In this document: positions 1 through 14,506 of the stretch, piece by piece
Layout: each line of letters starts with the position of its first letter
How positions within the stretch are numbered: the stretch's first letter is position 1
NCBI GenBank assembly: GCA_050486285.1
Contig: JBJHCZ010000004.1
Coordinates: 88,196-152,195 of the forward strand
Length of the DNA: 64,000 bases
Direction: 5' to 3'
From: Chromatiales bacterium
GTDB lineage: Bacteria; Pseudomonadota; Gammaproteobacteria; SZUA-140
Position numbers and translations under genes: made by a program
Notes under the pieces: generated by a model
Told to the model about the DNA's origin: nothing
What the model saw: the letters and a program-made list of their open reading frames with translations, nothing else
The model's database searches: none

Positions 1-607
1 GCGCGAAGGCCTCGTGCTGGTCGTGGGTGACCATCAGCGTGGTGATTTCGCGCTTCTTGAGGATGCCGCGCACCTCGACGCCGAGACGCTCGCGCAGCTC
101 GACATCGAGGTTCGAGAACGGTTCGTCGAGCAGCAGCAGGTCGGGCTCGACCGCGAGCGCGCGCGCGAGCGCGACGCGCTGCTGCTGGCCGCCGGACAAC
201 TCATGCGGATAGCGCCCGCTAATCCCGGGCAGGCCGACCAGTTGCAGCATATCGTCGACGATCGCGCGTCGCCGTTCGCGAGCGGCCTTGCGCAGTCCGA
301 AGGCGACGTTGTCCTCGATGCAGAGGTGCGGGAACAGGGCATAGTCCTGGAACACCATGCCGACGTGACGCTTGTCCGGCGGGACCATGTAGCCGGGCGA
401 CGAGACCGTCACGCCCTTGATCGAGATGCTGCCGCGGTACAGCGGCTCGAAGCCGGCGATCGCCCGCAGCACGGTGGTCTTGCCGCAGCCGCTCGGTCCG
501 AGCAGGCAGACGATCGCATGGGGTTCGATGCGCGCGGTCAGCCCGCGCACGACCGCATGCCCCTGGTGGCGGCATTCGATCTCGTCGATGTCGAGCAGCG
601 CCGTCAT
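1..607 (-). CDS. ABC transporter ATP-binding protein, N-terminal ~200 aa (importer-type, PotA/FbpC/CysA-like); 3-prime part lies outside window
   Basis: Reverse-strand translation from ATG at 605-607 gives MTALLDIDE...[11 protein letters not shown] (Walker A)...[15 protein letters not shown] (signature)...LLLDEP (Walker B). Runs off window edge so it is absent from the ORF track. Confidence 0.8.
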   Translation of the reverse strand, partial: MTALLDIDEIECRHQGHAVVRGLTARIEPHAIVCLLGPSGCGKTTVLRAIAGFEPLYRGSISIKGVTVSSPGYMVPPDKRHVGMVFQDYALFPHLCIEDNVAFGLRKAARERRRAIVDDMLQLVGLPGISGRYPHELSGGQQQRVALARALAVEPDLLLLDEPFSNLDVELRERLGVEVRGILKKREITTLMVTHDQHEAFA

Positions 608-638
608 CGGGGCCCGGCATGCCGTCCGTGGCGCCCGC

Positions 639-1565
639 TCATCCCGCCCGCGGCGGCGCGGCGCCGAGCAGGAATTCGAGCAGCGCCTTCTGCGCATGCA
701 GGCGGTTGCCGGCCTCCTGCCAGACCACGCTGTGAGGGCCGTCGATGACCTCGGCGCTGACCTCCTCGCCGCGATGGGCCGGCAGGCAGTGCATGAACAG
801 CGCATCCGGTTTCGCCCGCGCTATCACCGCGGCGTTGACCTGGTAGTCGCGAAAGATACGGTTGCGCGCCTCGGATTCGGTCTCCTGGCCCATGCTGGCC
901 CAGACATCGGTGACGACGAGGTCGGCGCCGTCCGCGGCGGCCAGCGGGCCGTCGACGAGCGTGACCCGCTCCGCGAAGGCCGGCTCGAGCGCCAGCTCGG
1001 GGCGATAGCCTTCGGGCGCGGCGATGCGCAGGTCGAAGCCGTAGCGGTGCGCGGCGTGGATATAGGAATTGCACATGTTGTTGCCGTCGCCGATCCACGC
1101 GACGGTCCTGCCGGCGATATCGCCGCGCTGCTCGAACCAGGTCTGCATGTCGGCGAGTAGCTGGCAGGGGTGGTGGGTGTCTGACAGGCCGTTGATGACC
1201 GGCACCTCGGAGCATGCCGAGAAGCGTTCCTGCGACTCGTGCGTGTAGGTGCGCATCATGACGACGTCGACCATGCGCGAGACCGCGCGCGCGGTGTCCT
1301 CGATCGGTTCGCCGCGGCCGAGCTGGGTGTCGCGCGGCGACAGGAAGATCGCGCCGCCGCCGAACTGGATCATCGCGCTCTCGAACGAGACGCGGGTGCG
1401 CGTCGAGGACTTCTCGAACACCATGCCGAGCACGCGGTTCTTCAGCGGCTCGTGGATCTCGCCGCGCGCGCGCATTGCCTTGAGCTCGATCGCGCGCAGG
1501 GTCAGGTCGAGCAACTCCTGAGACGACAGGTCGAGCAGCGTCAGGAAATGCCGCGGCGCCGTCAT
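639..1565 (-). CDS. argF: ornithine carbamoyltransferase
   Basis: 308 aa; STRTR carbamoyl-phosphate motif, [10 protein letters not shown] motif, full-length similarity to OTCases. Confidence 0.93.
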   Translation of the reverse strand: MTAPRHFLTLLDLSSQELLDLTLRAIELKAMRARGEIHEPLKNRVLGMVFEKSSTRTRVSFESAMIQFGGGAIFLSPRDTQLGRGEPIEDTARAVSRMVDVVMMRTYTHESQERFSACSEVPVINGLSDTHHPCQLLADMQTWFEQRGDIAGRTVAWIGDGNNMCNSYIHAAHRYGFDLRIAAPEGYRPELALEPAFAERVTLVDGPLAAADGADLVVTDVWASMGQETESEARNRIFRDYQVNAAVIARAKPDALFMHCLPAHRGEEVSAEVIDGPHSVVWQEAGNRLHAQKALLEFLLGAAPPRAG

Positions 1566-1566
1566 G

Positions 1567-2733
<1,167 letters not shown>

Positions 2734-2797
2734 GGGCGTAGCGCAGGCGTCAAACCGCCGATTATACCCGGGAATCGCGCGGATTTCGAAAGGGGCG

Positions 2798-4015
2798 TCA
2801 GGACAGCAGCCGGAGGATCTCGCCGATCTGGTCGTTCGCCTGATCGAGGACCTTCAGGCTGGCCTGCGGTGTCAGGACATCGGACGAGAACTTGCGGCAG
2901 GCCGGAATCTCGTCGATCGGCGGATGGCGCGCCGCCTTGCCGGCCTTCATCAGGCTGTGCAGCTGCGCGATGATGACGAGGTCGCAATAGCTCAGCTCGT
3001 TGCCTGAGTCGTGACGCCAGTCGCGGGCATGGATCGCGGCCTCGACGATCGCCTCGCTGAATTTCCAGTGGCGCAGCACCATGCCGCCGACCTCGCCGCG
3101 CAGCGCGAGGACCAGGGCGCCGAGCGCCTTGTCGTCGGCGACCAGACCGGGATGTCTGTGGACATGCGACAGCAGGGAGACGACGCCGATGTCGTGGACG
3201 AGCCCGGCGAGCAGGGCCTGTTCGGGTTCGAGGCGGCCGTCGAGTTGCGCGAGCATCATGCTGATCGCGCCGATCTCGGTGCTGTGGCGCCAGGTCTGTT
3301 GCATGCGCTTCTTCAGCGCCGGATCCTTGAGGCTGAACAGCTCGCGCAGCGCGAAGCTGGTGACGAGCTGCCGGGTGGTATTGAGGCCGAGCCGCACGAT
3401 CGCGGCCTGGCAGGTCTCGATCGGATCGCGGCCGTGATAGAAGGCGCTGTTCGCCGCCTTGATCAGCTTTGCGGTGATGACCGGATCGGCGCTGACGATC
3501 TTCGCGATCTGGCCGACGCTCGCCGATTCTCCCTCCAGCGCCTTGCGGATGCGCAGCGCGACTTCGGGCAGGCTGGGCAGGCTGAAGCGGTTATGGCGAA
3601 GATCCTCGCGAATCTCGCGAATGACCGGATGGACGTCGTCGTCGTTGCCGGGGTCGGCGGGGCTGAATTGCAGGGCGCCGATCAGTCCGGGATCGACGCG
3701 CAGCATGGTGCAGGGATCGAGCGCGATCGCGCCGTGCGCGCAGGGTTGTTCGGGATTGAGCGCCTCGCGCGCCCGCTCGTCGCCGCCTTCGACGACGCGG
3801 CGGGTGCCGTCGGCCGCCTCGAGTTCGGCGACCCCGCGCAGCAGGAACAGCCAGCCCCCGACGGAGTCGCCGGCCGTGAAGATGCGCTCGCCCTCGGCCG
3901 CGGCCAGGGTCTCGACGCGGCTCGCGAGCAGGATCAGCTGGCCTTCGTCAAGCGATTCGAACGGTGCGAATCCGCGCAGCTCCGCCGGTTCCGGCGTGAC
4001 GCTCAGCGTTTCCAC
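2798..4015 (-). CDS. signal-transduction protein with N-terminal cyclic-nucleotide-binding (CAP effector) domain and C-terminal HDOD domain
   Basis: 405 aa; cNMP-binding-like segment (ILLASRVETL...GDSVGGWLFLLRG), HDOD-like segment (LPSLPEVALRIRKAL...IAKIVSADPVITAKLIKAANSAFY...LVHDIGVV). Confidence 0.65.
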   Translation of the reverse strand: METLSVTPEPAELRGFAPFESLDEGQLILLASRVETLAAAEGERIFTAGDSVGGWLFLLRGVAELEAADGTRRVVEGGDERAREALNPEQPCAHGAIALDPCTMLRVDPGLIGALQFSPADPGNDDDVHPVIREIREDLRHNRFSLPSLPEVALRIRKALEGESASVGQIAKIVSADPVITAKLIKAANSAFYHGRDPIETCQAAIVRLGLNTTRQLVTSFALRELFSLKDPALKKRMQQTWRHSTEIGAISMMLAQLDGRLEPEQALLAGLVHDIGVVSLLSHVHRHPGLVADDKALGALVLALRGEVGGMVLRHWKFSEAIVEAAIHARDWRHDSGNELSYCDLVIIAQLHSLMKAGKAARHPPIDEIPACRKFSSDVLTPQASLKVLDQANDQIGEILRLLS

Positions 4016-4048
4016 GATATCCGGATCCGGCGGGTCTTGCCGTCGAGC

Positions 4049-4627
4049 TCAGCCGAGATTCTTCGCGACGAAGTCCCAGTTGACGAGTTCCCAGAAGTGC
4101 TCGACGTACTTCGGCCGCGCGTTGCGGTAATCGATGTAGTAGGCGTGCTCCCAGACGTCGCAAGTCAGGAGAGCAGTCTGGCCCGAGGTCATCGGCGTAC
4201 CTGCGTTGGAGGTGCTGACGATGTCGAGCGAGCCGTCGGACTTCTTCACCAGCCACGCCCAGCCGGAGCCGAAGGTGGTGATTGCGGTCTGGCTGAACTT
4301 GCCCTTGAAGTCCTCGAACGAGCCGAAGGCCTTGTCGATCGACGCGCCAAGCTTGCCGCCCGGGGCGCCGCCGCCGTTCGGACTCAGGCTGTTCCAGTAG
4401 AACGTATGATTCCAGACCTGGGCCGCGTTGTTGAACAGGCCGCCCGACGATTTTTTGATGATATCCTCGAGCGACAGGCCCTCGAATTCAGTGCCCTTGA
4501 TCAGGTTGTTGAGGTTCGTGACATAGGTCTGGTGGTGCTTGCCGTAGTGATATTCGAGGGTCTCCTCGGAAATATGCGGGGCGAGCGCGGACATTGCATA
4601 GGGCAGTTCGGGAAGCTTGTGTGCCAT
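4049..4627 (-). CDS. sodB: Fe-type superoxide dismutase
   Basis: Internal ATG ([32 protein letters not shown]...) of ORF 4049..4684; near-colinear with E. coli SodB including [15 protein letters not shown] and C-terminal FVAKNL. Confidence 0.9.
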   Translation of the reverse strand: MAHKLPELPYAMSALAPHISEETLEYHYGKHHQTYVTNLNNLIKGTEFEGLSLEDIIKKSSGGLFNNAAQVWNHTFYWNSLSPNGGGAPGGKLGASIDKAFGSFEDFKGKFSQTAITTFGSGWAWLVKKSDGSLDIVSTSNAGTPMTSGQTALLTCDVWEHAYYIDYRNARPKYVEHFWELVNWDFVAKNLG

Positions 4628-4710
4628 GACGGACTCCTTGGGATGAATGAGACAGATTCTAAAGCAGCCATGGCCGGGGTTCAAGGAAACGCGCCTGGCC
4701 CGCGCGACGG

Positions 4711-6246
4711 ATGAACGCGATTGAGCTCAACATCTTCGCCGGCCGCATAGGCGCCATCTGCGACGAGATGGGCGCGGTGCTGCGCCGCGTCGCGCTGTCG
4801 CCGAACATCAAGGACCGGCTCGATTTCTCCTGCGCGGTGTTCGACGCGGCCGGCGAGCTGTGCGCGCAGGCCGCGCATATCCCGGTGCATCTCGGCAGCA
4901 TGGCCTACGCGATGCGCGCGATCGTCGATCGCGAACAGTGGTCGCCCGGCGACATGCTGATCGTCAATGATCCCTATCTCGGCGGCACGCACCTGCCCGA
5001 TGTCACGGTCGTCGCGCCGGTCTTCGCGGGCGATACCCTGATCGGTTTCGTCGCGAATCGTGCCCACCATGCCGACATCGGCGCGCAGACGCCGGGGTCG
5101 ATGCCGGTGTCGCGGACGCTGGCGGAGGAGGGCCTCGTGATCCCGCCGACCTTCATCATGCGTCGCGGCGTCGTCGATGAGGCCGTGCTGGCGGGGATCG
5201 CGCGGGCGACGCGCTGCCCGTGGCAATGCCGCGGCGATTTCGCGGCGCAACTGAGCGCGAATCGCCGGGGCGTCGAGCGGCTTGAAGGGCTCGTTCGCGC
5301 AGTCGGCATCGACGGCTGGCGCGAGGGCGTGCGGCGACTGAACGACTATGCGGAGCGGCTCGCGCGCGGCGCGCTGTTGGAGATCCCGGACGGCGTGTGG
5401 CGTTATCGCGAGGTCATGGATGACGACGGCGCCGGCGCCGTCGACATTCCCGTCGAGGTCACGGTCGAGGTCGATGGCGCCGACATCCATGTCGATTTCA
5501 CCGGCACCGCCGCGCAGGTCGCCGGCAATATCAACTGCCCGCTGTCGGTCACGGCGGCGGCGGTGTTCTACGCGTTTCGCTGCCTGATGCCGCCGGAGAC
5601 GCCGGCCTGCGCCGGGGCGCTGCGTCCGCTCGAACTCGCGGCGCCCGAGGGTTGTCTGCTGAACGCGCGGCGCCCGGCGGCGGTCGCGGCCGGCAACGTC
5701 GAGACCGGCACGCGCGTCGTCGATGTGATCTTCGGCGCGCTGGCGCCGGCGCTGCCTGATCGCATCCCGGCCGCGAGTCACGGCAGCATGAACAACGTCG
5801 CGCTCGGCGGGCGCGGCGCCGGCGCGGCTTGGGACTACTACGAGACCCTGGGTGGCGGCATGGGCGCGGGGGCATCGGGTGGAGGGCTCGATGCGGTGCA
5901 GACGCATATGACGAACACGCTGAACACGCCGATCGAGAGCGTCGAGCTGCATTATCCGCTGCGCATCCGGCGCTACGCGATCCGTCGCGGTTCTGGCGGC
6001 GCCGGGCGCCGACGCGGCGGCGACGGGCTGGTGCGCGAGTACGAATTCCTCGCGCCGGCGACGGTGACGCTGATCACCGAACGCCGGCGCCATGTCCCCT
6101 GGGGGCTCGCGGGCGGTGGGCCCGGGCGCGCCGGCGAGAACCGTCATAACGATCGCGTGCTGCCGCCGAAATGCAGCTTCGACGTCGCCGCCCTCGACCG
6201 GGTCACGGTCGAGACCCCGGGCGGCGGCGGGTGGGGCGAGGTATGA
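4711..6246 (+). CDS. hydantoinase B / oxoprolinase family protein (HyuB-type)
   Basis: 511 aa; HyuB hallmark segments ([21 protein letters not shown], gly-rich C-terminus); no adjacent HyuA-type partner. Confidence 0.8.
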   Translation: MNAIELNIFAGRIGAICDEMGAVLRRVALSPNIKDRLDFSCAVFDAAGELCAQAAHIPVHLGSMAYAMRAIVDREQWSPGDMLIVNDPYLGGTHLPDVTVVAPVFAGDTLIGFVANRAHHADIGAQTPGSMPVSRTLAEEGLVIPPTFIMRRGVVDEAVLAGIARATRCPWQCRGDFAAQLSANRRGVERLEGLVRAVGIDGWREGVRRLNDYAERLARGALLEIPDGVWRYREVMDDDGAGAVDIPVEVTVEVDGADIHVDFTGTAAQVAGNINCPLSVTAAAVFYAFRCLMPPETPACAGALRPLELAAPEGCLLNARRPAAVAAGNVETGTRVVDVIFGALAPALPDRIPAASHGSMNNVALGGRGAGAAWDYYETLGGGMGAGASGGGLDAVQTHMTNTLNTPIESVELHYPLRIRRYAIRRGSGGAGRRRGGDGLVREYEFLAPATVTLITERRRHVPWGLAGGGPGRAGENRHNDRVLPPKCSFDVAALDRVTVETPGGGGWGEV

Positions 6247-6376
6247 TATTTGAAATCAATGTCTTATCAATACCTGATTGAATTAGTAGGGTATAAACGA
6301 TATCATGCGGGCATGTTCAGGGCCTGATGCCGCGCAGACAGGCCCGCCCACCGTTCAAGCAGAGAGGCCAAGCAGC

Positions 6377-6706
6377 ATGGATGTCATGGAACGTATCAGG
6401 CAGCAGGTCGAGGGCCACCCGATCGTGCTGTACATGAAGGGGACCCCCGAGATGCCGCAGTGCGGTTTCTCGAGCTACACCTCGCAGGCCCTGCGCGCCT
6501 GCAACGCGCAGTTTCACCACGTGAATGTCCTCGAGGATCCCGAGATCCGCCAGAATCTGCCGCGTTACGCGAACTGGCCGACCTTCCCGCAGCTCTACAT
6601 CAACGGCGAACTGGTCGGCGGCTGCGACATCGTGCTCGAACTCTACCAGAGCGGCGAGTTGCAGAAGCTCGTCAACACCGCCCGCGCCAATTCGGGGTCA
6701 GAGTAG
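6377..6706 (+). CDS. grxD: Grx4-family monothiol glutaredoxin
   Basis: Internal start MDVMERIRQQ; CGFS active site, PIVLYMKG, WPTFPQLYINGELVGGCDIV; colinear with E. coli GrxD. Confidence 0.9.
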   Translation: MDVMERIRQQVEGHPIVLYMKGTPEMPQCGFSSYTSQALRACNAQFHHVNVLEDPEIRQNLPRYANWPTFPQLYINGELVGGCDIVLELYQSGELQKLVNTARANSGSE

Positions 6707-6726
6707 ACTGCGTCTACTCTGACCCC
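6694..6726. terminator. perfect 15-bp stem / 3-nt loop hairpin spanning the convergent stop codons of grxD and rnt (putative bidirectional terminator)
   Basis: GGGGTCAGAGTAGAC-TGC-GTCTACTCTGACCCC read directly; no strong U-tract on either side. Confidence 0.45.
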
Positions 6727-7340
6727 GTTAGAATTCCCCAGCGGTTCACGATCGCGCAGAACAGTTCCGCGGTCTGCTCGGCGTCGTAGACCGCCGAGTG
6801 CGCCTCGCGCGCATCCCATCCCAGCCCCGCCGCCTGCAGCGCGCGCGCGAGCACGGTCTGGCCATAGGCGACGCCGGCCAGCGTCGCGGTGTCGAAGGTG
6901 CTGAATGGATGAAACGGATTGCGCTTGATCCTTGCGCGTTCCGCCGCCGCGTTGATGAAATTGAGGTCGAGGATCGGGTTGTGGCCGACGAGGATCGCGC
7001 GCGTGCAGCCCGTCTCGCGGATCGCGCGCCGGATTGCGCCGAAGATTTCATCGAGGGCCTTGCGCTCGTCGACCGCGCCGCGAAAAGGATGCCAGGGATC
7101 CTCGATGCCGTTGAAGGCCAGCGCCTTCGGATCCAGATTCGCGCCGTCGAACGGCAGCACATGATGCGCGATCGTCTCGAGGCGGCGCAGCTGGCGGTCT
7201 TCGTCGAAACCGACCAGTACCGCCGCGACCTCGAGCAGCGCATCGGTGCGGTGATCGAAGCCGCCGGTCTCGACATCGACGACGACGGGGAGGAAGCCGC
7301 GGAAACGCGCGGCCATTGCCGGGGATTGTACGGTGGTCAT
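6714..7340 (-). CDS. rnt: ribonuclease T
   Basis: 208 aa; DVETGGF (DEDD exonuclease motif I), colinear with E. coli RNase T (RFRGF, NPFHPF, HSALYD). Confidence 0.9.
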   Translation of the reverse strand: MTTVQSPAMAARFRGFLPVVVDVETGGFDHRTDALLEVAAVLVGFDEDRQLRRLETIAHHVLPFDGANLDPKALAFNGIEDPWHPFRGAVDERKALDEIFGAIRRAIRETGCTRAILVGHNPILDLNFINAAAERARIKRNPFHPFSTFDTATLAGVAYGQTVLARALQAAGLGWDAREAHSAVYDAEQTAELFCAIVNRWGILTGSE

Positions 7341-7341
7341 G

Positions 7342-8880
<1,539 letters not shown>

Positions 8881-9131
8881 GGATTTATCTTATATCACGG
8901 GTTTTATTTATATAAAACAGATAACTGTTAAATATAACGTGTTGAGCGAGCCCTCCCGGGTCGACGACATGCTGATAATATCAACAAAAACATATAGATA
9001 AAAAAATAAATGGAGTTGGCATGATTCGTGGAATAGACCAGTTGCATCATGTCGGCGCGTACAGGGAGTTTCGCCAGGGACGGCGTGCCGGCATGGGCAA
9101 CAGGCACAGGGTGACACAGGAATCCGCAGAC
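8881..9131. promoter_or_regulatory. AT-rich divergent intergenic/leader region between the sigma-54 activator and the DUF2292-porin-sulfate transporter cluster (candidate promoter region; a weak TGGCAT-N5-GTGG sigma-54-like element around 9018-9035)
   Basis: Markedly AT-rich relative to surroundings (ttatttatataaaacagataactgttaaatataacg...); -24/-12 match is poor. Confidence 0.3.
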
Positions 9132-9335
9132 ATGGAATCGAAGCATCTGGACAAGCCGATAGACGACGCCGAAGAGGCGATCGTCTATCTGCGCGAGGCA
9201 CTCAGGACGATCCGCTTCGGATCGGTGGAATTCATCATCCACGAGGGCCGTGTGCTGCAGGTCGACCGCAAGGAGAAGCTGCGTGTCGATCCGCTTGCGG
9301 CCGTCAACCGCAGCAGGCAGCGCCCGGACGAATAA
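9132..9335 (+). CDS. DUF2292 (YezD-like) small protein
   Basis: Internal ATG preceded by AGGAA; ...ALRTIRFGSVEFIIHEGRVLQVDRKEKLRV... matches the DUF2292 core as I recall it; this family is commonly annotated beside sulfate ABC transporters. Confidence 0.55.
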   Translation: MESKHLDKPIDDAEEAIVYLREALRTIRFGSVEFIIHEGRVLQVDRKEKLRVDPLAAVNRSRQRPDE

Positions 9336-9455
9336 TCACTTCCTTTGTACCGACCGGACGACCGGAGGTTCCGTTTGATCCATCACATATCAGCACAGGG
9401 CGATCTGACCGGACCACCGGAAGGTGTTCGTGTTTGCACAATAGGAGCAGGAACA

Positions 9456-10502
9456 ATGAATTTCGGTAACCGTAAACTGTCGCTGGCCGTCGGCATCGCC
9501 GCCGGCGTGCTTGCGTGGAATGGCTTCCCGGGAGTCGCGGTCGCGGACGGACCGACGCTGTACGGGCAGGTACATCTGTCGCTCGATCTTCTCGATAACG
9601 GCGACGACAGCGCGCTGAACCTGTCGAGCAACCGCAGCCGTCTCGGCGTCAAGGGCGATTTCAACATCCAGGAAGGCCTCAAGGGCATCTGGCAGATCGA
9701 ATCGGAACTGCGCGCCGACAACGCCAATGCCGGCACGCTGGCCTCGCGCAATACCTTCATCGGCCTGCAGGGCGGGTTCGGCACCGTGCGCGCGGGGCGT
9801 TTCGATACCCCGGTCAAGCTGATCGGCCGCCAGGTCGAGTTGTTCGCGAACCAGGTCGGTGACCTGCGCAACCTGGCGCGTGCCCAGTCCTTCCCGAACC
9901 GCTTCGACGAGCGCCCGCATAACAGCGTCGGCTGGGATTCGAAGCGGTACTCCGGCATCCAGGGGAGCATCCAGTACTCGACCAATACCGGAGATGGCGC
10001 GACCGCCAACAATGACGATGACACCGTCAGCCTCGCCGTGAACTATGCAGAAGGCCCGCTCTATGTCGGTTTGGGTTTCGAGCAGAATGGCAACACCACT
10101 GCGGGCCAGGACGATCCGTCGGCGCTGCGGCTGGGCGCCTACTACGATCTCGGCAACTGGCGTGTCACCGCGTTCTGGCAGTCGATCTCCGGCGCGGCGT
10201 CCTCTAATGACGAGGATGTCTATGGCGTCGGCGCGCGCTACCGTCACGAGGCGTGGACTTACAAGGCCCAGGTCTACCAGTTGAGCGCGGACGCGAACGA
10301 TGCCGACGCGACGCTGATCGCGGTCGGCGCCGAGTACGCATGGGCAAAACCGCTCACGGTCTATCTCGATTATGCGCTCGCGGACAACGACGCGGCTCGC
10401 GGCATCACCCCGTATCGCGAGGGACGCGGCGACAACCTCGCGATCGCCGCGAACGGCGAGAAGGCCAGCGCCGTTTCACTCGGCGCGATTTATCGATTCT
10501 GA
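9456..10502 (+). CDS. outer-membrane porin (Gram-negative general porin family)
   Basis: Internal ATG with GGAG RBS; signal peptide MNFGNRKLSLAVGIAAGVLA..., alternating beta-strand pattern, C-terminal ...SLGAIYRF with terminal Phe. Confidence 0.75.
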   Translation: MNFGNRKLSLAVGIAAGVLAWNGFPGVAVADGPTLYGQVHLSLDLLDNGDDSALNLSSNRSRLGVKGDFNIQEGLKGIWQIESELRADNANAGTLASRNTFIGLQGGFGTVRAGRFDTPVKLIGRQVELFANQVGDLRNLARAQSFPNRFDERPHNSVGWDSKRYSGIQGSIQYSTNTGDGATANNDDDTVSLAVNYAEGPLYVGLGFEQNGNTTAGQDDPSALRLGAYYDLGNWRVTAFWQSISGAASSNDEDVYGVGARYRHEAWTYKAQVYQLSADANDADATLIAVGAEYAWAKPLTVYLDYALADNDAARGITPYREGRGDNLAIAANGEKASAVSLGAIYRF

Positions 10503-10527
10503 AACATTCATCAGGGAGCAATTAACC

Positions 10528-11610
10528 ATGAAGACGATCTTTTCACTGGTGGCGGTGATCGCGTTGACGCTCGGCATCGCCGCCGGCGTCCATGCCGGCG
10601 GCGCAGCGCGGAGCGTGGAACTGCTGAACGTGTCCTATGATCCCACCCGCGAGTTGTACCGTGAATTCAACGAGGCATTCGCGAGGCATTGGCAGGAGAA
10701 GACCGGTCAGCGCGTGACCGTCCGCCAGTCACACGGCGGTTCCGGCAGCCAGGCGCGCGCCGTCATCGACGGCCTCGACGCCGATGTCGTCACGCTGGCG
10801 TTGGCGGCGGATATCGATGCCATCGCCGAGCGGTCGGGACGCGTGCCGGCGGACTGGCAGGGGCAACTGCCGAACAACAACGCGCCGTACCAGTCGACGC
10901 TGGCGTTCCTGGTGCGCAAGGGCAACCCGAAGAACATCCGCACCTGGTCCGACCTCGCGCGCGACGGCGTCGAGGTGATCACCCCGAACCCGAAGACCTC
11001 CGGCGTGGCGCGCTGGAACTATCTCGCCATGTGGGGCTACGCGCTGCGCGAAGCGTTGGGAGAGGACTACATCCAGAAGCTCGGCGATCCGGCGCAGGCC
11101 GACGCCGTTGCCCGCGCGCAGCAGCAGGCGGAGGCCTTCGTCGGTCGCATCTACCGGAACGTCCCGGTGCTCGACCAGGGCGCGCGCGGATCGACCAATA
11201 CCTTCATTCAGCGCCGCATCGGCGACGTCCTGATCAACTGGGAGAACGAGATCCTGCTGGGCGCACGCGAGATCGACGAGGCCGGGCTGGAGCTGGTGGT
11301 GCCGCCGGTGTCGATCCTGGCCGAGCCGGTCGTCGCCGTGGTCGAGCAGAACGCCCGTCGCAAGGGTAACCTCGAGGTCGCGCGGGCGTACCTCGAGTAC
11401 CTGTACTCGGACATCGGCCAGGACATTGCCGGCAAGAACTACTACCGGCCGGCCAATCCGGAGGTCCTTGCCAGGTATGCCCACCAGTTCCCGGCCATTG
11501 AACTGTTCACCATCAACCAGGTCTTCGGCGGCTGGCCCGCGGCCAACCGCGCCCACTTCGACGACGGCGCCAGCTTCGATCGCATCTACGCACCGGGCGG
11601 GCGGCGCTGA
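10528..11610 (+). CDS. sbp: sulfate/thiosulfate ABC transporter periplasmic binding protein
   Basis: Signal peptide MKTIFSLVAVIALTLGIAAGVHA; colinear with Sbp/CysP (VRQSHGGSGSQARAVIDGLDADVVTLAL, GNPKNIRTWSDL, NVPVLDQGARGST). Confidence 0.9.
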   Translation: MKTIFSLVAVIALTLGIAAGVHAGGAARSVELLNVSYDPTRELYREFNEAFARHWQEKTGQRVTVRQSHGGSGSQARAVIDGLDADVVTLALAADIDAIAERSGRVPADWQGQLPNNNAPYQSTLAFLVRKGNPKNIRTWSDLARDGVEVITPNPKTSGVARWNYLAMWGYALREALGEDYIQKLGDPAQADAVARAQQQAEAFVGRIYRNVPVLDQGARGSTNTFIQRRIGDVLINWENEILLGAREIDEAGLELVVPPVSILAEPVVAVVEQNARRKGNLEVARAYLEYLYSDIGQDIAGKNYYRPANPEVLARYAHQFPAIELFTINQVFGGWPAANRAHFDDGASFDRIYAPGGRR

Positions 11611-11616
11611 ACCGTC

Positions 11617-12480
11617 ATGGCGACCCTCGTACTGAAGGCTTCCCATCTGCCGCTGGTGGCCCGACGTTCGGTCATCCCCGGCTTCGGGTTGACGATGGGC
11701 TTCACCGTCGCCTACCTCGGCGTGCTGGTGTTGCTTCCATTCGCGGCGCTGGCGTTCAAGGCCGCAGAGCTGAGCCTCGCCGAGTTCTGGGCGATCGCCA
11801 CCACGCCGCGGGCAGTGGCGAGCTACCAGCTGTCGTTCATGGCATCGGCCATCGCCGCCGGACTCAACATGGTCTTCGGGCTGCTCACGGCGTGGGTGCT
11901 GGTACGGTACGAGTTCCCGGGCAAGCGGTTGATCGACGCGCTGGTGGACCTGCCCTTCGCGCTGCCCACCGCGGTGGCGGGCATCGCGTTGACCGGGATC
12001 TACGCGACCACCGGCTGGGTCGGCCAGTACTTCGAGCCGTTCGGCATCCGCATCGCCTATAGCCAGATCGGCATCGTGGTGGCGCTGACCTTCATCGGCC
12101 TGCCTTTCGTGGTGCGCTCGGTGCAGCCGGTCCTCGCCGACCTCGAGCCGGAGGTGGAGGAGGCGGCGGCGACGCTCGGCGCCGGCCGGTTGAGGACCTT
12201 CACGCGCGTGGTGCTGCCCGCCGTGCTGCCCGCGCTGTTGTCCGGCGTGGCCCTGGCCTTTGCGCGCGCGGTGGGCGAGTTCGGGTCGATCATCTTCATC
12301 GCCGGCAACATCCCCTTCCAGACCGAGATCACGCCGCTGCTGATCTTCATCCAGCTCGAGCAGTACAACTTCGCGGCGGCGGCGGTCCTGGGTAGCGTCA
12401 TGCTGTTGTTCGCCTTCGTCATGCTGCTGGTCATCAACGGCCTGCAGCTGTGGGCGAGTTCGCGCGGAGGGCGGCACTGA
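11617..12480 (+). CDS. cysT: sulfate ABC transporter permease
   Basis: 287 aa; CysT/CysU-like MetI-family permease (EAAATLGAG loop motif). Confidence 0.88.
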   Translation: MATLVLKASHLPLVARRSVIPGFGLTMGFTVAYLGVLVLLPFAALAFKAAELSLAEFWAIATTPRAVASYQLSFMASAIAAGLNMVFGLLTAWVLVRYEFPGKRLIDALVDLPFALPTAVAGIALTGIYATTGWVGQYFEPFGIRIAYSQIGIVVALTFIGLPFVVRSVQPVLADLEPEVEEAAATLGAGRLRTFTRVVLPAVLPALLSGVALAFARAVGEFGSIIFIAGNIPFQTEITPLLIFIQLEQYNFAAAAVLGSVMLLFAFVMLLVINGLQLWASSRGGRH

Positions 12481-13363
12481 TGAGCGGTCTGCAGAATCGG
12501 CGGGTGGCGCTCCGCGATCCGGCCTGGATGCGCTTCACCGCCATCGGGGTGATGCTGACCTTCATCGGCCTCATGCTGGTATTGCCGTTGACCGCCGTGT
12601 TCTACGAGGCCTTCCGCCAGGGTCTGGCCGTGTACTGGGCCTCGATCACCGAGCCGGATGCGCTGTCGGCGATTCGCCTGACACTGCTGGTGGTTGCCTT
12701 CGCGGTCCCCGCGAACATCGTTTTCGGGCTCGCTGCGGCCTGGGCCATCACCAAGTTCCAGTTTCGCGGCAAGCAGGTGCTGATCTCGCTGATCGACATG
12801 CCCTTTGCGGTCTCCCCGGTCGTCGCCGGGCTGATCTACGTATTGCTGTGGGGCAGCGGCGGCTGGTTCGGTCCGTGGCTGACCGAGCATGACCTGCGGG
12901 TGATCTATGCAGTGCCGGGCATCATCCTGGTAGTGACCTTCGGGACCTTCCCGTTTGTCGCCCGCGAGCTGATTCCGCACATGCAGGCGCTGGGCAACGA
13001 CCACGAGGAGGCGGCGCTGACGCTGGGCGCCAGCGGCCTGCAGACCTTCTTCCGCGTGACCTTGCCGGCAGTGAAATGGTCACTGTTGTACGGCGTGATC
13101 CTGTGCAACGCGCGCGCAATGGGGGAGTTCGGCGCGGTGGCGGTGGTATCGGGCCGCATCCGCGGCGAGACCAACACCATGCCGCTGCACATCGAGGTGC
13201 TCTACAACGAGTATCAGCTCGGCGCCGCCTTTGCGGTCGCCTCGCTGCTCGCCGGGCTGGCGCTGGTGACACTGGTGGTCAAGAGTGTCGTCGAATGGCG
13301 GTCCGAACGTGATCTCAAACGCGCCGCGCAAAGCGGCGCCCGGCAGAGTCAGGAGAGTTTGTC

Positions 13364-13367
<4 letters not shown>
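12480..13367 (+). CDS. cysW: sulfate ABC transporter permease
   Basis: Start overlaps cysT stop (TGATG); CysW-like ([21 protein letters not shown]). Confidence 0.88.
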
Positions 13368-14491
<1,124 letters not shown>

Positions 14492-14506
14492 GGGGAGGTT
14501 GTTGTA

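Noticed and set aside
3011-4714. 567-aa plus-strand ORF
   Set aside because: Antisense to the HDOD protein gene and sodB; no motifs, and the opposite-strand genes have strong homology.
9015-9035. Sigma-54 promoter TGGCAT-N5-GTGG upstream of the DUF2292 gene
   Set aside because: The -12 element lacks the conserved GC (GTGG vs TTGC) and the site overlaps an ATG. Noted only as a weak candidate inside the regulatory-region feature.
10729-12477. 582-aa minus-strand ORF (and 10689..11369 plus-frame ORF)
   Set aside because: Alternative frames and antisense of sbp/cysT; low-complexity HDEGEQQ/Arg-rich translation, while sbp and cysT have clear homology in the chosen frames.
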